Made by a program: the position numbers and the translations under genes. The notes beneath the pieces were generated by a model. The model saw only the letters and a program-made list of their open reading frames with translations. It searched no databases and had not been told where the DNA came from. Shown piece by piece: positions 27,928 through 37,728 of a stretch of 64,000 nt of DNA. This DNA comes from an uncultured Allomuricauda sp. (GTDB lineage Bacteria; Bacteroidota; Bacteroidia; Flavobacteriales; Flavobacteriaceae). The DNA is taken from contig CALBPG010000074.1 of the NCBI GenBank assembly GCA_937899065.1, forward strand, positions 7,612 through 71,611, in the 5' to 3' direction. Numbering within the stretch: position 1 is the first letter of the stretch; every line of letters starts with the position of its first letter.

Positions 27928-28042
27928 GGTATGTGAGGTTATTACCTAAAGCTAAGAAATTATACAGAGATAGCATCATAAAGCCATATTCTGGATTCCA
28001 CACTTTGGCTATTTGTTCGCTACCTTAGCAAAAAAGCAAAGG

Positions 28043-28483
28043 GTGAAAACAAAAGTGAAAAGTGTTTTCCATGAAGGAGCGATTTCGCCTTCTTTCATCG
28101 CAGACTGCATCGCGGCACAACAGCACCGTACTGAAATTGGGGCACATGATATTTTCTTGGGCCAGGTTCGCGCTGATGAAATTGAAAACAAAATTGTAGC
28201 TGCCATTGAGTACAGTGCGTACGAATCCATGGCATTGCAAAAATTCACTGAGATTCAGGAAAAGACACGGGAAAAGTTTGAAATCACGGACTTGCAAATC
28301 TATCACAGCCTAGGGAAAGTACCTGTAGGAGAAATTTGCCTGTTTGTTTTTGTTTGCGCACCCCACCGTCGGGTCACTTTTGAGGCCTTGGAATTTACTG
28401 TGGAAGCCATCAAAGCTGAAGTGCCGGTTTTTGGCAAAGAACTTTTTGAAGACGATTCATATCAATGGAAGGTCAATACATAG
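28043..28483 (+). CDS. moaE: Molybdopterin synthase catalytic subunit
   Basis: GAHDIFLGQVR, IEYSAYESMA, HSLGKVPVGE, APHRR, PVFGKE; GTG start downstream of TACCTTAG promoter-like box (track start 28013). Confidence 0.9.
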   Translation: MKTKVKSVFHEGAISPSFIADCIAAQQHRTEIGAHDIFLGQVRADEIENKIVAAIEYSAYESMALQKFTEIQEKTREKFEITDLQIYHSLGKVPVGEICLFVFVCAPHRRVTFEALEFTVEAIKAEVPVFGKELFEDDSYQWKVNT

Positions 28484-28487
28484 AGAC

Positions 28488-28916
28488 ATGGTAGATATTT
28501 CAGAGAAAAAAGCCACGTTGCGTATCGCAATCGCAGAAGCTACAGTGAAGGTCGGTTCTTTGGATACGATTCAGGCTATCGAACAAAAAAGAGTGCCAAA
28601 GGGCGATGTTTTTGAAATGAGTCGCGCAGCAGGTTTTATAGGCATTAAAAAAACCCCAGAACTACTGCCGGACTGTCATCCTATTCCAATCGAATTTGCC
28701 GCAGTAAAGTACACCATTGAGGGTTTGCTAATCAAAATCCAGATGACGGTAAAAACCGTTTATAAAACTGGGGTTGAGGTAGAGGCGATGCACGGGGCAA
28801 GTACCATCGCTTTGAACCTGTATGATATGCTTAAGCCCATCGATAAAAAAATAGAAATCCAGAACATTCGTCTCCTGAAAAAAACAGGAGGCAAATCCGA
28901 CATTAATAATACCTAA
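28488..28916 (+). CDS. moaC: Cyclic pyranopterin monophosphate synthase
   Basis: MVDISEK, KGDV, KKTPELLPDCHPIP, KTGVEVEAM, YDMLKPIDK, KTGGKSD. Confidence 0.92.
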   Translation: MVDISEKKATLRIAIAEATVKVGSLDTIQAIEQKRVPKGDVFEMSRAAGFIGIKKTPELLPDCHPIPIEFAAVKYTIEGLLIKIQMTVKTVYKTGVEVEAMHGASTIALNLYDMLKPIDKKIEIQNIRLLKKTGGKSDINNT

Positions 28917-29861
28917 CTAGGATTGCTTCAGGTTTTGAAGCATTGCTTTAGTAGTGGCTTTCAAATCAAATTCAGGTTGCCAGTCCCAATCTTCCCGGGC
29001 TTTGGTATCGTCAATGCTTTTTGGCCAGGAATCGGCTATAGCTTGCCTAAAGTCAGGTGCGTAGCTCATTTTAAAATCTGGGATTTCCTTTTGTATGCTT
29101 TCGGCCAATTCGGATGGGGAAAAACTCATACTGGCCAAATTGTAAGAAGAGCGAACCGTTACATCTTCAGGAGTTCGCTCCATAAGCTCGCGGGTAGCGC
29201 GGATGGCATCATCCATATACATCATGGGTAGTTGCGTATTTTCGGATAAAAAGCAGTCATAACTCCCTTTCTCGAGTGCATCATGAAAAATTTCTACGGC
29301 GTAATCCGTGGTTCCACCTCCAGGAAGGGTTTTCCAACTGATTAACCCTGGATAACGCACACTACGTACGTCAACGCCGAATTTTTTGTGGTAATACTCA
29401 CACCAACGTTCCCCGGATTGTTTGCTAATACCATACACCGTACTAGGATTCATTATGGTTTGTTGTGGCGTATGTAGTTTCGGGGTATCCGGACCGAATA
29501 CTGCGATACTGGAAGGCCAAAATATCTTTGAGATTTTCCCCTCTTTGGCCAGATTCAGCACATTAAATAGGGCATTCATGTTCAGATTCCAAGCCCGCAT
29601 GGGAAACTTTTCGGCGGTCGCACTCAGCATGGCAGCCATCAAATACACTTCCTCAATTTCGTAGTGCATTATAACATCTTCAATGGCTTCATAATTGGTA
29701 GCGTCCAAGAGCTCAAAGGGACCGCCATCCATCAATGCGGGTTTGCCTTCACGAATGTCACTTGCAATAATTTCCTCCGCAGAATAGGCGCTGCGAAGGG
29801 CTAAGGTAAGCTCGGTGCCAATCTGGCCACAAGCCCCCAAAATAAGGGTAGGTTTTGACAT
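28917..29861 (-). CDS. L-threonine 3-dehydrogenase (extended SDR/epimerase type)
   Basis: ILGACGQIGTEL, AMLSATAE, WPSSIAVFGP, TVYGISK, PGGGTTDYAV, LPMMYMDDA. Confidence 0.85.
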   Translation of the reverse strand: MSKPTLILGACGQIGTELTLALRSAYSAEEIIASDIREGKPALMDGGPFELLDATNYEAIEDVIMHYEIEEVYLMAAMLSATAEKFPMRAWNLNMNALFNVLNLAKEGKISKIFWPSSIAVFGPDTPKLHTPQQTIMNPSTVYGISKQSGERWCEYYHKKFGVDVRSVRYPGLISWKTLPGGGTTDYAVEIFHDALEKGSYDCFLSENTQLPMMYMDDAIRATRELMERTPEDVTVRSSYNLASMSFSPSELAESIQKEIPDFKMSYAPDFRQAIADSWPKSIDDTKAREDWDWQPEFDLKATTKAMLQNLKQS

Positions 29862-29922
29862 GTAAATGCGTTGTTTAGTCTAAAGCCAAAGATAGCCTTT
29901 CTCAAAATTTGTACCTTCGCTT

Positions 29923-30420
29923 ATGCGAAAAATGAAAGTGTTTTTTATAGTTCTTTTCTCTCTCTGGGGATGTAAGGAAAAGCCCAAAGAAGTGGTTGAA
30001 GAAAAAACGGAAATTGACTTTTTTGATTACCGAAAAATGCCAAAAAAACACCAAGTAACATCAAAGGTGGATTCTCTTTTGGTTAGTTGGAAAGAGTTCC
30101 AAATGTTTACTTCAAGTTTAGGCGTACTATACAAAGCTACTACTGCTGAAGATTTGGCGTTAGCCGTTGATGATGTGTTGGAAAAGGAGGCAGAATTATA
30201 CAAAAGCGAATATCCCGAAGCGTTTGACAAATCACAAGTCAAAAGTCGCCAACGCGTGCTGCGTACCTATCTTTTAAAAGTGAAAGCCGACATCGCAAAC
30301 AAAATGGATGCGACACCTGCTGTTGTGGAAATGCTTCAGGCTAACAATGAGTTACATCAACAGTTTGATATCGTTTTGGGCAATGTTTTGAACAGTGAAT
30401 TAATATTGGAAGATGAATAA
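29923..30420 (+). CDS. Hypothetical lipoprotein
   Basis: Lipobox LWG-C followed by KEKPKEVVEE. Confidence 0.75.
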   Translation: MRKMKVFFIVLFSLWGCKEKPKEVVEEKTEIDFFDYRKMPKKHQVTSKVDSLLVSWKEFQMFTSSLGVLYKATTAEDLALAVDDVLEKEAELYKSEYPEAFDKSQVKSRQRVLRTYLLKVKADIANKMDATPAVVEMLQANNELHQQFDIVLGNVLNSELILEDE

Positions 30421-30916
30421 AAAAATGCTTTTACTTTTTTTAGGTCTTGGAGGTCTATTGAGTGCACAAACCGAAACGAAAACCGCTATTGGTGAAATGT
30501 TAGATGAATGGCACATGGCTGCTGCAAACGCTGACTTTGAAAACTATTTTGGGTTGATGACCGAAGATGGGGTATTCTTGGGTACCGATGCTACTGAAAA
30601 TTGGCAGAATGATGAATTCAAGGTGTTTTCAAAACCTTACTTTGAGCGAGGCAAAGCTTGGAGCTTTACGGCTGTCGAACGGAACATTTATTTGGATACC
30701 AACGGCGAAACTGCTTGGTTCGATGAGGTTTTGGATACCCAAATGAAACTATGTCGTGGTTCAGGCGTGGTCAAGAAAATAGGTGATAAATGGAAGGTAG
30801 CGCATTATGCGCTCTCCATTGCAGTACCCAACGAAAACGTAAAAGCATTAGTTGCTATCAAAAAAGACCGCGATAGCGTGCTGTTACAGCAATTTAAAAG
30901 CAAACTCCCAGAATAG
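30413..30916 (+). CDS. Secreted SnoaL/NTF2-like protein
   Basis: WHMAAANADFENYF, FLGTDATENW, AWFDE..LCRGSGV..WKVAHYALS. Confidence 0.85.
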   Translation: MNKKMLLLFLGLGGLLSAQTETKTAIGEMLDEWHMAAANADFENYFGLMTEDGVFLGTDATENWQNDEFKVFSKPYFERGKAWSFTAVERNIYLDTNGETAWFDEVLDTQMKLCRGSGVVKKIGDKWKVAHYALSIAVPNENVKALVAIKKDRDSVLLQQFKSKLPE

Positions 30917-30917
30917 C

Positions 30918-31619
30918 TTACTCTGGGGTCGCTTCTTTTCTTGATTGAAGGGCCTGCTTGCTCATGCTGGCCAAGTTGAAGTTCGGGTCGCTTTTCAAGG
31001 CTTCATCAATGAAGCCGATAGCTGCATCGATGTTGTTTTTATCCTTGTTATACGCTACCAATCCTTTTAAATGATAAAAAGCAGCTTTTAGAGAAACCTC
31101 ATAGGGTTGTTGCCTTTCATAAAAGGCATATTTCATTTCTTCGGTAGCCTTGTCAATGCCGTAATCGATGTTCACGGCAGCGCCATCATTGTCACCCAAT
31201 TGAATTTTCAAATCCGCGATTTCATATGCTAAATAAGGGGTTTGTTTTCTACCGTATAGCATTTCGAACTGGTCCAAAGCTCTTTTGGGTTGGTTTAAGG
31301 CTTTCAATGCGATAGCCTTGATTTGCACGGCTAAGTTGGAATCGGATTCTTCCTTTTCGATTCCGATGGTATTCAAAGCTTCGAGATGCTGGTTGTTGTT
31401 CATGTAAACATAGGCCAATGTATCTCTTCGGTCTTTAGAAGGAGAAAGGACATTGAGGTGGGTCAAGGCGTTGATTACCCCATTGACGTCCCCTTGTTTT
31501 TGCATTTCCTTGTAAAAGGATTCATAGTGTTTTAGAAGTTCTGAATTGGTTTGGGCCATTCCATAACCTACAAACAACAATATAAACAGTGCGGTGATTC
31601 CTTTTTTCATTTTTCCCAT
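30918..31619 (-). CDS. Secreted TPR protein
   Basis: Signal peptide; TPR-like helices (AAFYHLKGLVAY..AIGFIDEALKSDPNF). Confidence 0.75.
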   Translation of the reverse strand: MGKMKKGITALFILLFVGYGMAQTNSELLKHYESFYKEMQKQGDVNGVINALTHLNVLSPSKDRRDTLAYVYMNNNQHLEALNTIGIEKEESDSNLAVQIKAIALKALNQPKRALDQFEMLYGRKQTPYLAYEIADLKIQLGDNDGAAVNIDYGIDKATEEMKYAFYERQQPYEVSLKAAFYHLKGLVAYNKDKNNIDAAIGFIDEALKSDPNFNLASMSKQALQSRKEATPE

Positions 31620-31692
31620 TTAAGTGGGCAAAACTAAAAAAATAATTGAAAAACTTCTGTTAAAGCCTGTTATATAAGCGTTAGGGCTCTAT

Positions 31693-32064
31693 TTATAAGG
31701 CAAGAAGGGCCACATTCGTGTTGGTGTATTCCCGAATCAGTGTAGTATAAAACGCTAAACTTTTAGCATCTTTAGTCAGACATGATTTTAGAAATCTCTC
31801 CAAGTTCTCATAGAACATATTGGACGGTACCGTACTAATGGCCGTATTGATGGTCGCAGGATTATAATCAGCATCATTTAGAACGATGTCCATTTTTATC
31901 CTATGACGGTTATAATCAATGGCCACGTCGGCCGCATTATAATGTTTGCGAAGAATTGATTTGTGCAATTCTTTAAATCTTGAGGTGATTTTGTCTTTCG
32001 TACTTCTCGTAATCAGTTCCTCCATCTCCATCAAGATTTTCGATGTCAATCTTGAATATCCCAT
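31693..32064 (-). CDS. Hypothetical protein
   Basis: 123-aa ORF filling the space between neighbours; no family recognised. Confidence 0.6.
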   Translation of the reverse strand: MGYSRLTSKILMEMEELITRSTKDKITSRFKELHKSILRKHYNAADVAIDYNRHRIKMDIVLNDADYNPATINTAISTVPSNMFYENLERFLKSCLTKDAKSLAFYTTLIREYTNTNVALLAL

Positions 32065-32187
32065 AATTTTATACTAATAATGTACACCACAAAGGTATAA
32101 TTGAAGAACGTAAACATTTAAAAACCAGTGGATTAATTAACTTAAAATTGCGTTAATTGTTGTCAAGTGTCTTTTTTGCGTGGTGAA

Positions 32188-32997
32188 CTAAGAATCTATC
32201 GGTGTAAGGTAAGTATGACCTTTTAACAAATAATTCTTACTTAAGACCCTTCCTTTAGGAGTTTCTTCAGCGCTGGCAAGGTATTCCGGAGCTTGGATAC
32301 CTCGTTTTTGGGCTTCATTTTGATAATATTCTTGCTTTGTGAGATGGTATGGAAACACCCCGTTGAAGACCTCTGCCCAATAGTTTTCTGAAATGATGGT
32401 TTTGAGCATGGCTATGCAATCTTCCAAATGAATGAGATTGACTGGCGCTGTTCCATTTTTAAGCCCTTTTTTTTGGGATAACATGGTCACCGGGTGACGT
32501 TTTGGACCTATCAGCCCGCCAAAACGGACTATGGTATTCTCTGACTTTTCAGCATTCAAAAACAATTTTTCAGTTTCTAGAAGCTGTCTTCCAGATTCAG
32601 TGGCTGGAGTGGGTGTAGTTTCTTCGGTAATGTCATCGGGATGATTGCCATATACTGAGGTACTGCTTACAAAAATGGCATGGGGTACGTTGGTTTTTTG
32701 CATTGCGGTATGCAAGTGTTTCATTTTGGCCACATAGTTGACATGGGGTTGTCGTCGCAGTTTTGGAGGTACATTGATAACCAAAACATTTAAACTTTCT
32801 AAAAAATCTTCAATGTTCCCTTGAATACCTTCTTCCGTAAGGGCAATTTGAAAAGGGAGAATGCCCGCCTCAGCCAAATCTTTCAATTTTTCGCTGTTGG
32901 TGGTCGTGCCGCGAATCACATATCCCTCGTCCAAAAGTGATACGGCTAAAGGAAAACCCAACCAACCGCATCCGATAACACCAATATTAGTTTTCAA
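32188..32997 (-). CDS. NAD(P)-binding atypical SDR / epimerase (YeeZ-like)
   Basis: IGCGWLG, FVSSTSVYG, RFGGLIGPKRHP, VNLIHLEDC. Confidence 0.85.
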   Translation of the reverse strand: MKTNIGVIGCGWLGFPLAVSLLDEGYVIRGTTTNSEKLKDLAEAGILPFQIALTEEGIQGNIEDFLESLNVLVINVPPKLRRQPHVNYVAKMKHLHTAMQKTNVPHAIFVSSTSVYGNHPDDITEETTPTPATESGRQLLETEKLFLNAEKSENTIVRFGGLIGPKRHPVTMLSQKKGLKNGTAPVNLIHLEDCIAMLKTIISENYWAEVFNGVFPYHLTKQEYYQNEAQKRGIQAPEYLASAEETPKGRVLSKNYLLKGHTYLTPIDS

Positions 32998-35269
32998 ATT
33001 TGATGGATTTTATCTGGATGATGGCATCGTTTAAAACAAAGGGCATGGGAATACTGTTTTCTGGTCTTTCCGGCACGCTGAATTGCGAATGGGACAACAA
33101 ATCATTACTGGATTCATAGAATGTAACTTCGAAGATAGAGTCTTTCGGAAAACTAACTTCAATCTCAGTATAATTGTTGTTGGTTACCGTATGGGTGAAC
33201 AGTCTTTTTTTCCGGTCCCTCAAATAGAATTCCGAAAGGGGAATTCCATTGATTTTGGCAGCATACAACATCATGGGGTTGGTATAAACATCCAATCGGT
33301 TGATGCTTCGTTTTGGGGTATAACAAACTTCTATGATACGCTCTTCACCTATTATCGTATCACGGTTGATGTCGATTAAGGGTGCGTCCAAACTTTTAAG
33401 CGGTGCTTCCGTAATGGATGTTAAAGCGGTTTTGTATTTACTACTTAGGTTTTCCAAAGCACCTACGTTTAAGGTATCCTGGGTTTCATCAAGGTATTGC
33501 TGGTTCCAAGAGATGAGTTCGTCATCATAAGTGGTCCAAAATGCAGCATCCGTATCAAGGTTGTAGACATAGTTCAAACTACTGGGTTTTGGACGGCTTT
33601 CGGTGAACCCAGAGGTCATATGTGCGGCAATACCAAAAACAAGTGCCAGGAAAAGACTTAAGTAAGCGATTCGACCTTTATATGAAAACTGCCCCCAAAA
33701 CGGAAGGGTTGCAAAAAACAAAAGCACCACAATCAACGTAGAACTCGCCATCATTTTTAGTCCCAAGCCTACTGGAAACATTTTGACCATGGGGGAAAGA
33801 ATAAAAATGGCCGGAAGACCTAAAAAGAGTAGTAGTAAACTGTTTGGTTTTTCTTGATACACGAGCACGTAGAGCGCAGCTAAAAGTCCATAAACCGGTA
33901 GTATTAAAAAGGCGGCCCCTTTCAAATACAGCGCGGTCAACAAGCAGATGGTAAGCCATAATAGGATGGGAAAAACCAACAAATCCGTAATATCCGTTTT
34001 TCTGAATTTTTGATAGATCCAAAAACAGACCGCTACAGTCAAAGCAGCAAAAGCAGCAATGTAGAGGTGTCCATTATACGTAAAACCATGTAGCATATCT
34101 GTGTAGCCAGGATAGATTTTTAGAAGTAATCGCCATCCAAAATGACCAATTAGGGTGGTAGGGAGCAGAACCAAAAGTGCAGGAAGGATTCCAGTGAGAA
34201 TACCTTTGATGGAAAATCTTGCTTTTTTGAAACCGCGGTACAGCACGAACAATAGAAAGAGTACTGCTAGTACCAACATGGCATTTATCCAATCAAAAGG
34301 ATAGGTGATAACCCCGAAAAAAGGCACGTTGATATATACCACGTCGTTTAGGCTTTTGACATTGTCGAGGTCAGCTTGGCTGAAATACTCCAATAAAGGC
34401 ATTAGATATGAACCTTGGTGTGCCAAGGTTTTTTCATCCAATCGGTCATAGCGGTCCATGGCCGTATGGTAATCAAAATGGTCATCGATAAAAGCCAGGT
34501 TGAATCCCTCGATATCGGCTTCCTCTCTAAAAACGGTAAGGTCAGTGTCATTCGGAAGCATTTTATATATGCTGTAGGACAAAGAACTTGCTACCGGGTA
34601 TTTCGGATTGGCTTCTACAAATCCTTTGATAAGATTGGCATTCCCGCGATTGGTTTCAACAAGCATGTGGCTAGGGCCGCCACTGCCACGAGCTTCAAAG
34701 TTCAAAATCAAACCGATGTCTTCTATCCATGGATGTTCGTTCACAAAATAGGAGGCGCCATTCAATCCCAATTCCTCACCATCTGTAAAGAGAATAATGA
34801 TATCGTTTTTAGGTACTTGATTATTTGCTAAAAATGCTCGAACGCCCTCTAGAATGGTAGCGACTCCACTACCTGCGTCACTTGCGCCAAAAGAGGAATG
34901 CGGGTCACTATCGTAGTGCGTCATTAAAGTCAAAGCTTTTCCCTCTTCTGTACCCTTGATTCGCGCCATGATATTGGTCACTTTACTCATGTTCATCGAT
35001 TTGGTCACCACATAGCCCTCTTGGGTCAGTGTTTCCAAATTCAATGCCTTGAGTTGGGAAATGATATAGCCTCTGCTGCGTTCATGTCCTGGAAACCCTA
35101 CACCGCGTGGTTCTAAAGAGAGGTTTTTTACGTGACTTAATGCCCTGTCCGTTGAAAATTTGGTTGGCGCAACATCTGCATCGGGGGTATAGTTTGGAAT
35201 CAACGATTCGTAGCTCCAGAATACTGCCAATGCAAATAGTAAAAAGGAAAGGGAAGGGGAAATTTTCAT
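32987..35269 (-). CDS. Membrane-embedded M28 family zinc peptidase (ERMP1/Pff1-like)
   Basis: THYDS, GASDAGSG, GEELGLNG, NFEARGSGG, TDLTVF, YHT; eight to nine TM segments. Confidence 0.9.
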   Translation of the reverse strand: MKISPSLSFLLFALAVFWSYESLIPNYTPDADVAPTKFSTDRALSHVKNLSLEPRGVGFPGHERSRGYIISQLKALNLETLTQEGYVVTKSMNMSKVTNIMARIKGTEEGKALTLMTHYDSDPHSSFGASDAGSGVATILEGVRAFLANNQVPKNDIIILFTDGEELGLNGASYFVNEHPWIEDIGLILNFEARGSGGPSHMLVETNRGNANLIKGFVEANPKYPVASSLSYSIYKMLPNDTDLTVFREEADIEGFNLAFIDDHFDYHTAMDRYDRLDEKTLAHQGSYLMPLLEYFSQADLDNVKSLNDVVYINVPFFGVITYPFDWINAMLVLAVLFLLFVLYRGFKKARFSIKGILTGILPALLVLLPTTLIGHFGWRLLLKIYPGYTDMLHGFTYNGHLYIAAFAALTVAVCFWIYQKFRKTDITDLLVFPILLWLTICLLTALYLKGAAFLILPVYGLLAALYVLVYQEKPNSLLLLFLGLPAIFILSPMVKMFPVGLGLKMMASSTLIVVLLFFATLPFWGQFSYKGRIAYLSLFLALVFGIAAHMTSGFTESRPKPSSLNYVYNLDTDAAFWTTYDDELISWNQQYLDETQDTLNVGALENLSSKYKTALTSITEAPLKSLDAPLIDINRDTIIGEERIIEVCYTPKRSINRLDVYTNPMMLYAAKINGIPLSEFYLRDRKKRLFTHTVTNNNYTEIEVSFPKDSIFEVTFYESSNDLLSHSQFSVPERPENSIPMPFVLNDAIIQIKSIKFEN

Positions 35270-35390
35270 TTTTAGTGAGTTGGTTTTCTAAATTATGAAA
35301 AACTGAAAGCCTTACGGGTTTTCTTAAAAAAAATTTAAATAATAGCACGAATTTTCTTATATTACTTAAACAACCTTAAAATTCCACCCT

Positions 35391-35861
35391 ATGGCAATCA
35401 AGAGTTTTCAAGGCGCACGCGCCAAGGATTCGTCCAAAAAAGAATATGTAGCGCCCATCTTGGTTGAAGACTACATGACCAAGAAGTTGATAACCTTTTC
35501 ACCAGAACAGTCTATTTTGGAAGTGATGGAAGCATTCGCAAAACATCATATTTCGGGTGGACCGGTTATGGATAAAAATGGTTTTCTCGTAGGGATTATT
35601 TCAGAAGCGGATTGTATGAAGCAGATTTCGGAAAGTAGGTATTTCAATCAGCCGATTCTAGATAAAAGTGTGGAACGCTATATGACCAAAGAAGTGGAAA
35701 CCATTCCGCATGACATGTCCATTTTCGATGCCGCAGGTGTTTTTGACAAACATAAGCGAAGAAGATTGCCTGTGATGAAGAATGATATCTTGGTCGGGCA
35801 AATCAGCCGAAAGGACATCGTCATTGCTGCGCTCAAACTGAGTGCGCAAAGCTGGAAATAG
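35391..35861 (+). CDS. CBS domain pair protein
   Basis: ISGGPVMD..LVGIISEADC, RRLPV..LVGQISRKD. Confidence 0.9.
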   Translation: MAIKSFQGARAKDSSKKEYVAPILVEDYMTKKLITFSPEQSILEVMEAFAKHHISGGPVMDKNGFLVGIISEADCMKQISESRYFNQPILDKSVERYMTKEVETIPHDMSIFDAAGVFDKHKRRRLPVMKNDILVGQISRKDIVIAALKLSAQSWK

Positions 35862-35872
35862 TCCGTCAATCC

Positions 35873-36226
35873 TTATTCGCGTTTTACAATCATGTACCGT
35901 TCATTATCCAGCGGTAGATAACCTAAGTCGTATAAAAAGTAATAAGTACTTCCTTTTTTGGTGGTATACATGTTGGTGACATAGTCAAAATCAAAACCCT
36001 TGTCCAATAACTGCATTTTTGTGGTGGTAGTTTTTCCGTTTCGCAAGCGATAACTGGTTAGCACCCTGTAGTTCTTTCGTAAGCGGTTGTTGATATTGCG
36101 GACGAGGTTCTTGCTATCTTTGTTCAAACGGTTGTTGTAACTGTTTCTGCAATGGTCCGAACAGTATTTTTTGTCGATTCTGCCTACTAGCCGTTCACCA
36201 CATTCCAAGCAGGTTTTTCGTTGCAT
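35873..36226 (-). CDS. Small Zn-ribbon protein (DUF2116-like N-terminus)
   Basis: CLECG..GRIDKKYCSDHCRNSYNN. Confidence 0.75.
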   Translation of the reverse strand: MQRKTCLECGERLVGRIDKKYCSDHCRNSYNNRLNKDSKNLVRNINNRLRKNYRVLTSYRLRNGKTTTTKMQLLDKGFDFDYVTNMYTTKKGSTYYFLYDLGYLPLDNERYMIVKRE

Positions 36227-36235
36227 ATTTAAGAT

Positions 36236-36808
36236 TTAGGTGACGACAATATCGTATTTTTTCAACAATCCAAGTAAGTTTTTACGGCTAAAATGTGTCT
36301 TGACCAATTTGTTTTGCTCCGGATTGATAGCAAAGTTTTCTGCGGTTCGAAAGTCCCCTTTATCCAAAATAGTTTGTTGAAAAACAGCTCGTTCCAAATT
36401 GCTGTTCTCGAAAAGTACTCCAGTTAAATCCGCCTCGGTGAAATCGGTTTCCACTAGCGTACACCCGTTGAAAATGAGATTTTTTGTCGTCAAACCATAA
36501 AAAGACGCCATGGTAAGGTTGCAAGCTTTAAAGTCAGGTGAAAACAGGGTGGGATTGCAATCTTCAAAACTCACACCGACCATTTTACAGTCCTCAAAAG
36601 AGCAATGAGTGAAGTTGGTATGCTTCACATTGGTATTAGTAAAGTCACATTCAATAAATCGGCAATCCATAAAGTTTTGATTGTCTAAAAACCCACCATG
36701 AAACAAACAATGGTCAAAAATACATTCCTCATAATCCGCTTTGGGTAAAGCATTCTGGGTGAAATCTTCATGACTGTAGGTAGTATCACAAACAAAAGGA
36801 CGTTGCAT
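36236..36808 (-). CDS. Pentapeptide repeat protein
   Basis: Repeats such as FTEADLTGVLFENSNLERAVF, CDFTN, CNLTMASF. Confidence 0.9.
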   Translation of the reverse strand: MQRPFVCDTTYSHEDFTQNALPKADYEECIFDHCLFHGGFLDNQNFMDCRFIECDFTNTNVKHTNFTHCSFEDCKMVGVSFEDCNPTLFSPDFKACNLTMASFYGLTTKNLIFNGCTLVETDFTEADLTGVLFENSNLERAVFQQTILDKGDFRTAENFAINPEQNKLVKTHFSRKNLLGLLKKYDIVVT

Positions 36809-36856
36809 AGGAGTCAGGTTTAATTACAAAGAAATGTTAATTCTTTAATTTTATTT

Positions 36857-36904
36857 GGAACGAACGTTCTGAAATAAATATGTTTGTATCGGAATGAACG
36901 TTCC
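36857..36904. promoter_or_regulatory. Two TetR-type operator sites (GGAACGAACGTTCT 36857-36870; GGAATGAACGTTCC 36891-36904)
   Basis: Shared GGAA-N6-TTC(C/T) dyad upstream of the SDR gene. Confidence 0.65.
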
Positions 36905-36941
36905 AATATAAAAATTGATAACAAAAACAACATTTTAAATC

Positions 36942-37691
36942 ATGAAAAAACTAGAAGGAAAAGTGGCCATCGTTACTGGAGCAACCAGTGGCATTGGTTT
37001 GGCCACAGCGAAACAATATCTGGCTGAAGGTGCCAAAGTCGTTCTAACTGGAAGAAGCCAAGATAAACTAGACGCTCTAAAAAACCAGTTGGAAGGAGAA
37101 TTTGCATTGGTAAGAGCAGAAGCATCTAGTGTTGCCGACAGCAAAGCGCTTGTTGAAAAAACGGTTGAGCATTTCGGCAAAATTGATGTCCTATTTTTGA
37201 ACGCTGGGGTATTCCGTTTGGAAACCATTGACGGATTGACCGAAGAAATTTTTGATGAAGTACACAACATCAATGTAAAAGGACCGGTATTTACCGTTCA
37301 AGCGGCCTATGAGCATTTGAATGAAGGTGCCAGTATTATTTTCAACACCTCGGTGGTAAACATCAAAGGATTCGGTGGCATGACGGCCTATTCTGCAAGC
37401 AAAGCGGCATTACGTTCTGTGGTACGCACTTTGGCCGCGGAATTTGGACCTAGAGGCATCCGTGTAAACGCTATTGCTCCAGGACCGATTGATACCCCTA
37501 TTTACGGCAAGCATAACGTACCTCAAGAGAACATTGATGCCATGGCATCCAACTTTCCATCTTTGGTTTCCTTGGGTCGTTTTGGTACTTCCGAAGAGAT
37601 TGCTAGTACTGCTCTGTTTTTAGCTGCAGCAGATAGTAGTTACATCACCGGCGCTGAAATTCCTGTAGATGGTGGTTTCGCCCAAGTGTAA
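36942..37691 (+). CDS. Classical short-chain dehydrogenase/reductase
   Basis: TGATSGIG, NAG, S..YSASK catalytic motif, NAIAPGPIDTP, VDGG. Confidence 0.95.
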   Translation: MKKLEGKVAIVTGATSGIGLATAKQYLAEGAKVVLTGRSQDKLDALKNQLEGEFALVRAEASSVADSKALVEKTVEHFGKIDVLFLNAGVFRLETIDGLTEEIFDEVHNINVKGPVFTVQAAYEHLNEGASIIFNTSVVNIKGFGGMTAYSASKAALRSVVRTLAAEFGPRGIRVNAIAPGPIDTPIYGKHNVPQENIDAMASNFPSLVSLGRFGTSEEIASTALFLAAADSSYITGAEIPVDGGFAQV

Positions 37692-37706
37692 TTTTTTTAA
37701 ATAAAT

Positions 37707-37724
37707 TTGGAACAATTATTCCAA
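37707..37724. promoter_or_regulatory. Third TetR-type operator (TTGGAACAATTATTCCAA)
   Basis: TTGGAA/TTCCAA arms, same spacing as the two upstream sites, 4 nt before tetR ATG. Confidence 0.65.
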
Positions 37725-37728
37725 TACC

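Noticed and set aside
6696-28013. Integrative element at tRNA-Arg
   Set aside because: No integrase, excisionase, relaxase or attR duplicate found by eye; kept only as an accessory region
28344-28487. Long N-terminal extension of MoaC
   Set aside because: Overlaps moaE; the family starts at MVDISEK (28488)
35304-35326. GAAAGCC/GGTTTTC hairpin as a terminator
   Set aside because: Lies between divergent gene starts, weak stem, nothing to terminate
36236-36808. Qnr quinolone resistance gene
   Set aside because: Only generic pentapeptide repeats, no mobile context; cannot be assigned without alignment
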